Positions 12,768-23,024 of a stretch of DNA of 64,000 bases are shown in pieces. Source of the stretch: Albugo candida (Eukaryota); NCBI GenBank assembly GCA_040437565.1, contig JBDOQK010000011.1, positions 186,001 through 250,000 of the forward strand, read 5' to 3'. The notes under the pieces are model-generated. The model saw only the letters and a list, made by a program, of their open reading frames with translations, ran no database searches and was not told where the DNA came from. Position 1 is the first letter of the stretch, and each line of letters begins with the position of its first letter. The translations under genes and the position numbers were made by a program.

Positions 12768-13640
12768 CCTCTTGCTGTGTGTAATCTTTCCAGATATGGA
12801 TGGTGGAATCCGCACCACCCGAAATCATCTCACTCGAGTCTTCTGCCACTGCCAACGACCAGACTTTATCATGATGCTCATCAAACGTAGCTTCGCATTC
12901 GTTGCTCTTGATTGTCCACACCTTGAGAAGTCCATCTGCTCCTGAAGATAAAAGCCGATACCCGCACACGCGAACTGGATACTCAGAACGGAAGCTGTGT
13001 GACCTTCAAAGATTCTCAAACAAGAGAAAGTTGTGCTGGACCAAAGACAGATGACTTATCCCCACCTGCCGAGGCCAAAGACTTGTCCACCGGAGAAGTA
13101 GATAGCCCAGACACCGCGTTGTGCCCGCGCCATACTCCGCATAGTGATAAAACTGTGCTACCAGGTTGTGCGTTCCAAACCTTTATGAGCTTGTCTTGAG
13201 AGGCACTCGCAATCAGACGATCGTTCGGTGAAATTGATATGGCGTTTACATTCTTTGTCGCGTGCTTCGACGGTAGCCAGAGAGGACATTAAAATGAGTT
13301 TACTATCGCGTTGGTCGCAATTGTATCGCTCGTGAGTTGACTTCAAATTCCACGTTTTCAGGGTTGTATCTGCACTGCCAGTCACAAAGAACCCATTTCC
13401 AATCGGATACTGAGCTTCTTTTTGCGAGATAGCTATAGTAGGCAGCATCTCAAAATGTCCCGAACAGGTCGCAATACAATGCCGAGAGTTGAAATCCCAC
13501 GATTTGCGGCTGTATTTTTAGATACGATCACAGGTCATTTTCCATCCGGAGATACTGCCAGACACATTACAATGTCCGTATGCCCTGGAAACAGATAGTA
13601 TGATATTGTCCCCCGATTCAAAATTCGAAGTTAAGCGCTA
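12768..13640 (-). pseudogene. TBL3: Frameshifted fragment of the WD40 protein TBL3/Utp13
   Basis: FFVTGSADTTLKTW; DVNAISISPNDRLIASASQDKLIKVW; SPVDKSLASAGGDK; IFEGHTASVL; LLSSGADGLLKVWTIKSNECEATFDEHHDKVWSL..MISGGADSTIHIWKDYT. Consecutive blocks lie in different frames with no room for introns. Confidence 0.8.
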
Positions 13641-13737
13641 TTTTTCGCCGTTGCTATGTACCTGGACGATATTTTTTCCGCATTCGATCTGTAAAAGCTA
13701 CTGAAAGGCTGCCCAATACCTTAAGCATCCGAGTGGT

Positions 13738-13980
13738 AAGCTCAAACTCCAATGTGGCGCCAGTAATCGAAGATAGCATTGTAGCGAGCGAAGAAAACCG
13801 TGTGAAACAATCTCAAGATTGCGTAACTCCTTCTAGAGTTATTCATCAAAATCGTCTAAAGCTTTACGATTCGGTTAATATCGCAGCAATCATCATAGAA
13901 ATCATCCAACATTGCAATGATATTGATTGGTTTGCGTCATTACTAAAACGGCTCTTGTGCGTTGGAAAAGCATACAATCA
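13738..13980 (+). pseudogene. Duplicated internal fragment of NIPBL (copy of 11377-11619)
   Basis: About 5 mismatches in the first 35 nt, then identical to the NIPBL exon up to the gap. Confidence 0.8.
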
Positions 13981-14080
13981 NNNNNNNNNNNNNNNNNNNN
14001 NNNNNNNNNNNNNNNNNNNNNNNNNNNNNNNNNNNNNNNNNNNNNNNNNNNNNNNNNNNNNNNNNNNNNNNNNNNNNNNN

Positions 14081-15232
14081 GTTTGATATCCACTTGGCTT
14101 GCTTCTCGTTGACAGGTTGAAAGCGAGCCTTGTTGTTACGCTCCAAGACTTGTTTCATGGTAGCGTCTTCTACAGCATGATCGCTCTGAACTACTATGTA
14201 ACCCCCTTTCTCCAAAACATGCCGAAGCATTGGATAATCGTTAGATGAATCTCCAGCCGAAAAAACGAGTTTAGTGGAAGGTTCGTTCCATTTTTCCTTT
14301 ATCAGAGTTGCCTTGCCCTCACCTGCAATGGCTACACCGTCACCTCGTAGTATATTCTCCTCTTCGCCATCTTTGGGTGTGGAACCATACACTTCGGATA
14401 TACCAGTAAGTTCAAATATCTTTATCGCGACCTTCAAGTATGCGTAATGCGTAGCGCTGATGATGCACGTTTTTACCCCTCTTGCTCCCAATGCTGCCAA
14501 CAGCTTAACCTGCTCCGTGAACGGAATAGCATTGTTGTTATACAACTTGGTCGTTACTTTTATACCATCAATTTTCACATCGACAAATTTAGGATCAACT
14601 TTTCCTTTAGCCGCTGCGAGAGCATCTCTCATCAGCGTTTCCCGGGCTTCCTCTCCCATATTGTGTAACAATCTGACCTGCAGAGTATGATGCAAGTATT
14701 CGCACCCTTTAGTGGCCTTCATGTGAACGTATGCTTGGTTATTCCAAGTATATATCAGGTTGGCAGTAGTGGGGCCATCTTTCAAGCTTCCAGTCGCGAA
14801 GGATTTTTTAATCAAATTCACAATTTTAGAGAAGTCTCCTGTCGGTTGAACATTATTTTCCATATCACCTTTAAACGTTGTTGGAACACATGAGAGTTTT
14901 TTTTTGTCGACTAACGAGAATCCAAACACCTTGTCAATGTCATCTTTGCTCTCGAAAGCAAATCGGTGGTTTTCAACTTGATACTCGAAAACGGTCGTCA
15001 AGAAAGCGTTAGTTGCTATTGTGCCATCAAAATCGAGTAGTGCACGCAACACGAAATCATTATTCTCATTCAACTGATCGATGTACGAAAACACCTTGTC
15101 GAAAAAAGGCTTAGACCCGGTATCCTTGATCTCGTCGAAGAATTCCTTTTTTGTACGGTCCGCTTCGGCTTTGTCGTAGCGACCATAACTTAGCAACGGA
15201 AGTAACCCAAAGATCAAGTGCTTGATGTTCAT
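14081..15232 (-). CDS. Secreted HAD-superfamily phosphatase, paralog A (intronless; 3' end runs into a gap)
   Basis: Signal peptide MNIKHLIFGLLPLLSYG; motif I ALLDFDGT; motif II IISAT; motif III GEGK; motif IV AGDSSNDYPML. Confidence 0.85.
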
Positions 15233-15463
15233 CTGACCAATTCAAAAATGAATGACGAGTTTGTGACTCGAATGGTCCGATCTGCGGGAGAGCTGACATT
15301 TATTTTGCTTTCAAAGAAAAATAAATGTCAGCTCTCCCGCAGATCGGACCATTCGAGTCACAAACTCGTCATTCATTTCTGAGTTGGTCAGATGAACATC
15401 AAGCACTTGATCTTTGGGTTACTTCCGTTGCAAAGTTATGGTCACTACGACAAAGCCAAAGCG
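15161..15463. repeat. Near-perfect palindrome (about 151-bp arms, 1-nt centre at 15312) spanning the shared promoter and the first 24 codons of both HAD genes
   Basis: Position i pairs with 30624-i, and the ATGs at 15232 and 15392 are symmetric. There are 3 mismatched pairs between the ATGs and 3 in the first 72 coding nt. Confidence 0.95.
15368..15383 (+). promoter_or_regulatory. Putative oomycete initiator (TCATTC) upstream of HAD paralog B, mirrored on the minus strand for paralog A
   Basis: CGTCATTCATTTCTG lies about 20 nt before the ATG and resembles the oomycete YCATTYY initiator. Confidence 0.45.
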
Positions 15464-16173
15464 AAAGCTGCAAAAGATGCATTCTTCGACAAGATCGCGG
15501 GTACCGGGTCTGAAGGTTTTTTCAAAGACGTGTTTTCGTACATCAACAGTTTGCGGACGGGACCTGAAAAAGATAAAGGCCCGTGTGCTGCACTTGATTT
15601 TGACGGGAATGTGCTAAGTAACGCTTTGCTATATACCGTTTACAAGTATCAAGTTAAAAACCACCGATTTGCTTTCACGACCGAAGATGACATTGACAGG
15701 GTGTTTGGATTCAGTCTCGCAGACCAAAGTTGTGTTCCAACGGTGTATGATTTTAAAGTTGCGAAGGGTATGGTGACAGTAAAATTTACTGCTATTTTGG
15801 AGAAGATCAAAACGCTTTTCAATTCCATAAAGTCGAAAAAGGACGGCGCTGATCTTGCAGGCGCAATTTTTGCTTGGGGTTATATGTCATACAAGCACAT
15901 GGGAAAAAAAGAATTAGCTACTGACTGCAACTACTTGAAAACTACTGTGGAGTACAGATTGTTATATGGGATGACGACGAATCAGAAGAGAAAGCTGATG
16001 GTAGAGGCTGTTGCTGCTGCTGCTCTTGAGGAGCAGCAGCAAAAAGCTCTTGATAAACAACCTAAGTTGAGAAATGAATCTGTGAGGGATCAAGGACCTC
16101 AGTTGGAAAAGTATCCTGCGACAATTGATCACCACACTTTTCACGTCGAATTGTATGGTGACCATAAATTTTT
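15392..16173 (+). CDS. Secreted HAD-superfamily phosphatase, paralog B (3'-truncated by a gap)
   Basis: Near-identical signal peptide; AALDFDGN motif I; YQVKNHRFAF..DDIDRVFGFSL is shared with paralog A. Confidence 0.8.
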
Positions 16174-19100
16174 NNNNNNNNNNNNNNNNNNNNNNNNNNN
16201 NNNNNNNNNNNNNNNNNNNNNNNNNNNNNNNNNNNNNNNNNNNNNNNNNNNNNNNNNNNNNNNNNNNNNNNNNATTACATCTATGCATCTTTCCTATAAA
16301 CATGTGGTTTGGAATATAATATAAACTGCTTTCATATAATGCCGTTAGTGGTCACTTAGACGCTATATACCATACTTCACTTGTATTCGAGAAGCTTGCA
16401 TGCTTTATTTTAAAATAAATGTCGTGCGAGTACATCACACTCACGATCGATATCGAATTGGTACAAGTTACTTGGAACCATTTCCTGGAATCCGTGAAAG
16501 TATGAAGCGTTTCCATGACTAAAAAATGTTTAGTTCATCTCAAGTACACTTTGAAATTGTATTGCCACGATCTCGCACGCAAGTGTCCCGTCTATGATCA
16601 TCCCATAAATTGTAACGTAAACAAGAGATTTAGCGCTGGATAGCGTCGATACAGTAATTAGGACGGACCTTGTCGCATATCGCTGTAGATGTGTTGTTGA
16701 AATGATGCTCACACGCTGTGTTATAATTATCAAGCACTCTAAACTATTATAATGTCGATACCTTTCATATTTCATACACACCACTCAAGTACAATTGTAA
16801 GAAGATGTCGAAGATATCACTGACGAGCTGCCTTGCTGGCAATCGCATAATTTACTTACGAGTGGATAGAATCTGACATCATTTATAGCATCAAGTTAGC
16901 TTTTTGAGGATACAGTATCAAGAGACGATTAAAAGGCCCATGGTCTCGTGCAAGTCTCAAACATGCGGGATTGTTCCCCTTGCAATATGATTGTACTGTA
17001 TACTATAAGCCAATAGGAGTTCGTTGTCTTTCTCCGTGATTACTACGCTGATAAGAGTCCTAAGAAGAGATCGTTCAACAAGCAAGATAACTCACCAAAC
17101 CTGCGCTGTCATGTCAGTAGTGTAGAATTTTATCTGATCGTCGTACTCGTTATGCGTGGCCCTATATCCGCAACTAGTTAATGACAATTTCAAGAAGCAC
17201 TCACATGAAGAACAATTGATCTTATAGCGTGAATGGTGAGTTCATGTGCCGCTGATAACAGCTCCCAGGAGACAATCGAACACGGTGAGTAGCACTGGCG
17301 GTTTGTACTTGTCAGACTTTGTAATAATGGAGCAGATATGCACTACGCATAGATAGACTTGAGAATTCCGACTTGACGCGAGGCCTTGGGTCCGATGACT
17401 TGTTTCTTGCTGGATGGCAACACATAAGTCCACATGATCATCTGTTAATTTGTCGGTCTGTCTCGATCTTGAGCGCGTTCATCAATAATGCAACAACATT
17501 GGCACTATTTTGCTTCGGAATTGAAGAATAAAGTCCAGGAAGATCAGACATTGTAGGTACCAAGATCCGAGCTTCAGCTTTTTGTATGAGCGATTTTTAT
17601 GTGGAGAAAATACGCAGTATCACATGGTTTTCCTCAATAGAAACGACGCACACGAATGAGTATGAAGCGCAAGAAGAGAGCCACAAGTCTTAACACAGGC
17701 ACGGCGAAGCAAGACGGAATTTCCAGTGTCTGGTTGGGATTGAGATGATAATTTAGCAATATAAATACGGATCAGCATTATGAAAGCAAGCAACAATTCG
17801 ATGGTAGTGGTACCTTGATAAACGCTCTGCTGCAGAATGAAAGAGCCCTGTAATCACACCAAAAGCGCGTGAAGTATGATTGCCATTTAAGCCAAAAATC
17901 TTGAGCCAGTTTAATACGACAACTCCAACAGCACGCAAATTTTATCTACCAGTGCAAGCTGTACAGCCATCAGGCAGCGTATACCATAAACCCATTGAGT
18001 GCGCTTCGATCTTTATCCATCAAACTCACAAATTAGTTTTCACAGGCACCGCACAGCTTCACATCGACTCGCAACGTATCAAGGTCCACGAATCAAACAA
18101 GCATCAAATAGCCACGTCCAACAAGCTTGAGAACAGTATTCACATCTGGAGGCGATCGTATCGTGCTTTGTCCCTTTTGACACTCGTCGACCGGTCCACC
18201 AACATAAACGTCGACATTGTCATATTTTCGTAATTCGTTGAAGCTTTTGATGTTGGGGAGTTGTCCCAGCCCGATGTGTACTTTTGCTCCATTCAAGTAA
18301 GCTCGACGACCAAGTATCCAATTCTTTTCTACAGGTAAAAGCATTCCTTGAAAGAGAGCGAGAGACAACTACCGCAAAATTTTCGTACAGTGGTCGCCAG
18401 ATACACATCAGGATCTGTGATCCCGGATGGATGGCCTATAGTTAGGAATAATTGGTAACACGCGTCAGTGAGTTGTGGGCTACTCGGACATGCTGATCAC
18501 ACCAATCCGATCGTACTGTTTTATGTAATTTCGAAGAATGTACTCGTTGAATAAGCTTTTTGTGATCGCAAAGCATACTAAATTCCGTTCCTCAATGACA
18601 GCAATGATGGATCCATCTTCGGCAAAATCTCTGCAAAATGTTCCAAGCTCACTTCGCCGGCCGTTGTAGGAAAGCGATCAAATATAACTTTCATAACAAC
18701 GCGTATCATCTGACTGAACAATTGAGCGCCCAAAACATTGCAAAAGTTATGCAAGTCACTCTCAATAAAAACCGCATCATACGGTCCCATGTGGCTGTAG
18801 TGAGCTGAGAGCCCGCTTTTTCGCTATTTCGTGAAATATTTCGAGAACTCCAGCATATGCTCATCAATAAAGTCCTCTCGATGCTATAGGAGAGAGTATT
18901 GTCAGTTCTTTCCTCAAAAATCAGAGTCATATGACCAAGAAGATCCTGTATAAATGACTGCTCTGCTGGAAGCATGCAAGGTGGTCGATAGTCACGTGCC
19001 TCTTTTCTTCTCATTTCTGGAGGAGACGATAAATGGGCTGCTGGTGCCTGATACATTGACACCTAGCCATTTCTAATATATGGACCAAGCTCCGGAAATG

Positions 19101-20368
19101 ATGTCTGAGTTTCCCATTGAAAGAGCAAAGGAATGGCCAGTATCTTCCATCGCACCGATAATATGATGACGCGTGGGCAGTATCTCTGTTACGTTGATAT
19201 CTTCTGAACAGAAACGTAACTAACATGAAGCATAGTCCACGCTGACACTGGTGCGAGTAATGGACAAGAACATGAGCTTCGAAAGATGTGGGGACAAGCT
19301 TACATTGTTCGATCCAAGGTGATCCATTTTAGGACGAGAAGCTTCGACGTGTGGTACACTTTGTATAAGGTACGTGATCCATTTTACTAATCCACTTTCA
19401 GTGTATAGTACACACGACACTTTGTGTGGACAATTATATCAAGCGCAATTGTACGGATCCATGAGCACGCTTGGACCATATTTCTTATAGATGTATTGTA
19501 TTTTTCAGATCGATCATGGCATGTGCAGAGTGACAAGGTGAATGTGTCCAATTCGTCTTACAATGCGTTTTTACATTTCATACCGGAAGGTATACAATCG
19601 CGAATGATACTATTGCTACCCATTCCCCATTTATCTGAACTATTCTGCTGTTGCAAAATATCTCTCTTTTCTCGATTTGTCGGATGACTGGTGAATACAA
19701 GAGATGTATGGATACCATGATTATAGAGGATCATGATTGACTGTTCCGTGATAAGATGTATACTGTATCTTCATCACAATCTCACGGTCTAGGATTTATC
19801 TGCTCAGCACTTCTACCACGTACACACGAATTTCTATTTCGGCATGGATCCACTATCGATTACAATATATCGAATCCGCTTCGTAGGTAAAGTGCACCAA
19901 CCAGCGCCTATTGATTTGGCCCTACACTAGAAAAACGAAAGCACGACTACGCAAATTAAAAATCATTAACCAAGAAGCCACGACACGAAACGGTTTATCT
20001 CGGAATCATCTTACAGTCGTGAATTTGATACGTTGCGACCGTGCTTTATTATAAACGAGCATTTTCGACATAATTAGAGAGATCACTATAGGCAAAGCCA
20101 TAGCTGATTACAGCTCAACTGAATTGTTATCGCGCATAACAAATTCGAGCAGTCACTGGTTAAGGATGAGTTTGACGCAAGAATGTTCAACGACTTACGT
20201 ATTGTAGCCTTACACCCATGCGCGAGAAAGATATAACTCGTAGCGTGCACCTGCAAATGCAACGCAAAAATAGCAGATTTGTAACAAAAATAGGTTCAGG
20301 TCGGATTATAGATAGAATCAGCACCGCCATGCTGGTCTCACCACTGGCATCTTCACATTTACAGCGGT

Positions 20369-21754
20369 ATGAAGCTTTCTCTTCATCGATTTAGCCTGAA
20401 CCGAAAGGATAAACATGGTTTGTCTCCAGAATATCTTCAGCTCATGCGATTGTACCTACCATCTTTCCAACACCCGGAAGGATCCACAGAAAAACATCGA
20501 AAGATTGCGTCCGATCACTGGAGACTGCTTTTTCTTGATATGAAAAGTAACAAGCACCGAGGTCATCAAATTCACATCACCAACAGTGAAGATACGATAA
20601 CTCTACCAGGAACAGTACGAAGCTACAAGAATGTTCCTGCAAATAAATACCGTGTAGCTATGCACTTGGATGGGATGCAGCCTGCTGAACGCATGGAACT
20701 TTTATATGACACCTTTCATAAATTCTTAGAATTGAATGCACCCGAGCTGAAGCCTGTATTCAAGACGTCCAAGCATACCCGTAATGTTGTCTTACAACAT
20801 ATAGTGGGCGGGTTGCGAACAATGCTGGCACAAAACGTTCATATTGAGAGAGTACGAGCACTTACTAAAACGCATTTGCAGTTTGGTGTAAAAATGGAAT
20901 ACTTTGATCTTCTGGGCCAGGCAGTTATCTTTTCTATGCGTCAATGCTCCGGTACACACTGGACTAACGAGATTGAAGAGGCTTGGAGACGATTATACGG
21001 ACACTGTAGCGTGATTCTACTTCGAGAGCATGAGCTCGCCACTCAGCTCCAAGCCAACTCACAAGTCACCATGAATGCGGACAAAAACGCTTGGATGGGC
21101 TTTTATCATCGTTTATTCGGTAACAAGCGTTACTCCAACTCCAAGCGGCTGGCCAAACATCACATCAAACTTATGGACATATACTTGCCAAATTTTCGCT
21201 ACAAAGAGACATCGAACGATCACCATCGATACGTTGCCGCTAATCATTGGCAAAATGTTTTCTCTTGTGACAGCAGCGGTACTAGCAGCGATACTAGCAG
21301 TGCCAGTCATTCTACCCGACACAGCCGTCAGTCTGGAAGGGAAGGCGATCTCGATACGTTTGCCAAACGATTGGGTTGTTTTTACGACACTTTTTTTGAC
21401 TATTTGGAGCGCAATGCACCAGAACTATTACCTGTTTTTCGAAGCTCGATTCAAGTACGAAGTCGAGTCCTGGTTCACATTAGCAAAGAGATGAGAATAC
21501 TGCTCATGTCAAAAGACCTGGCTCAGCGGGTAAGCACACTCACAGCGACACACATCAGGGTCAATGTTAAACTGGAGCATTATGATACACTCGGTCAAGC
21601 ACTTATTCATTCAATGCGAGCAGCTTCGGGCAATTTTTGGTCGCAAGAAATAGAAAATGCATGGAAAAGACTGTATGCCCATTGTAGCGTCATTTTGCTT
21701 TACGAACATCAGCGTGCACTGGCAAACGCGAAGCCAAATAAGGACCAACTCTAA
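20369..21754 (+). CDS. Tandem two-domain globin (3/3 fold, flavohaemoglobin/single-domain globin-like), intronless, 461 aa
   Basis: Two repeats of YDTF..(F/Y)LE.NAPEL.PVF ... LT.TH....VK.E.(F/Y)D.LGQA.I.SMR..SG..W..EIE.AW.RLY.HCSVILL, with CD1 Phe and proximal F8 His present in both. Confidence 0.88.
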   Translation: MKLSLHRFSLNRKDKHGLSPEYLQLMRLYLPSFQHPEGSTEKHRKIASDHWRLLFLDMKSNKHRGHQIHITNSEDTITLPGTVRSYKNVPANKYRVAMHLDGMQPAERMELLYDTFHKFLELNAPELKPVFKTSKHTRNVVLQHIVGGLRTMLAQNVHIERVRALTKTHLQFGVKMEYFDLLGQAVIFSMRQCSGTHWTNEIEEAWRRLYGHCSVILLREHELATQLQANSQVTMNADKNAWMGFYHRLFGNKRYSNSKRLAKHHIKLMDIYLPNFRYKETSNDHHRYVAANHWQNVFSCDSSGTSSDTSSASHSTRHSRQSGREGDLDTFAKRLGCFYDTFFDYLERNAPELLPVFRSSIQVRSRVLVHISKEMRILLMSKDLAQRVSTLTATHIRVNVKLEHYDTLGQALIHSMRAASGNFWSQEIENAWKRLYAHCSVILLYEHQRALANAKPNKDQL

Positions 21755-21777
21755 ATTATATATATTACGTTGAGATG

Positions 21778-22706
21778 TCATATGGTATTCCTTGGAAGTG
21801 CATCCTTTAAGGCTTGTCCCGCCAAATCAAGACAGGTTTTTCCTTCATTATTTATAGCAGTCAAGTAGTCGGCTCCAGCTTGTACGAGCTCCATCGCAAT
21901 TGCTTCTTCATTCTCCAACAGTGCAAGATGAAGTGGAGTATTGCCTATATCAAGCGCTGTCATAATCGAAAGCATGCACAAAATTCTGAAAGCTGGTACC
22001 TTGATGATCACAAGTATTCAACGCCGCTCCGTGTTCCAAAAGCATTCGAATCAAATCTAAATTCCAGGAACAGGAATTAAGTGATGTAATAAGAAGTGTC
22101 ACATAGGCGTGAAGGCACGTCAACCTGCATTAGGGTAGCTTCCCACAGCTCGCAGCAATGGTGTGCTGCCATAATCGTCCTACAAAAGAGATTTGAATTC
22201 GCACACTACGTGCAATCAATAACAGCAGCACCACATGGTCGACATCTTTTGTATACTCAAGTAGTAGCTCTGCCATGTCCAAGCGTCCTAAGAAAAAGTA
22301 CAGCTGTGCTTGGATCTCTAATTCACTCATCATCCACGAACCGCGATGGTAATGTAACGGGATTTGTCCATTTTCGTTCGAAGTATTAGCATCCGCGCCA
22401 CTACACGTCGATGATAAGGTATGATCTGGTGAAGAATATGAATTCCTACTGGTTTAGTAGTGACACAACACTTTCGATATGTCCGGCCGATACGGCGCTC
22501 ATAAGAGGCGTCCAACCTGCGTCGTCCTGCGTATTCACCACCGTTCCTGGCTGCGTCAAAAGCCAATCTAGAACTTTAAGACTTCCACAAGATGCAGCCC
22601 AATGCAGGGGTGTTCGGGCATCTTCATCTTTTGCAGTGACACTTTGGTCGTTGCTCACAAGCTGGATGACCTGATCAAGATCATTTGCACGCACAGCAGC
22701 TTGCAT
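21778..22706 (-). CDS. PSMD10: Ankyrin-repeat protein, gankyrin/PSMD10 (Nas6)-like, multi-exon
   Basis: KDEDARTPLHWAASCG; QDDAGWTPLMSAVSAGH; GNTPLHLALLENEEAIAMELVQAGAD..NNEGKTCLDLA. The size and repeat pattern fit gankyrin. Confidence 0.7.
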
Positions 22707-22753
22707 GATAGTATTATTTTAGAAAGTGGGATGTATTCTTGCAGGCAGTTGCC

Positions 22754-23017
22754 ATGATTCCTTCCTCATTAGTGGAGCAGCTTTTTCGACGTGAATGGCA
22801 AGCTCAAGATATGACAAGGGACGGTAGGACTTCTGATCACTCACTCCAAATCTCGAAAATCCAGCAAGACACTTTGCGAATGAGCGCCGAATTTTTAAAG
22901 TTATTCCTCATAGAAGCCCTTCATCGCGCACAAATGGAAGCGATGATGGAAGATGCAGCGACGGTGGAGCCGCATCATATCGAACAAATTTTGGCTCAAC
23001 TTTTGTTAGATTTCTAG
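22754..23017 (+). CDS. CENPX: CENP-X/MHF2 histone-fold protein
   Basis: KIQQDTLRMSAEFLKLFLIEALHRA...VEPHHIEQILAQLLLDF* is the characteristic C-terminus. Confidence 0.9.
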   Translation: MIPSSLVEQLFRREWQAQDMTRDGRTSDHSLQISKIQQDTLRMSAEFLKLFLIEALHRAQMEAMMEDAATVEPHHIEQILAQLLLDF

Positions 23018-23024
23018 AAATACG

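Noticed and set aside
15111-15513. Twin 62-aa ORFs MSALPQIGPF... on both strands
   Set aside because: They are a by-product of the palindrome and are out of frame with the real HAD ORFs. An upstream-ORF role cannot be supported.
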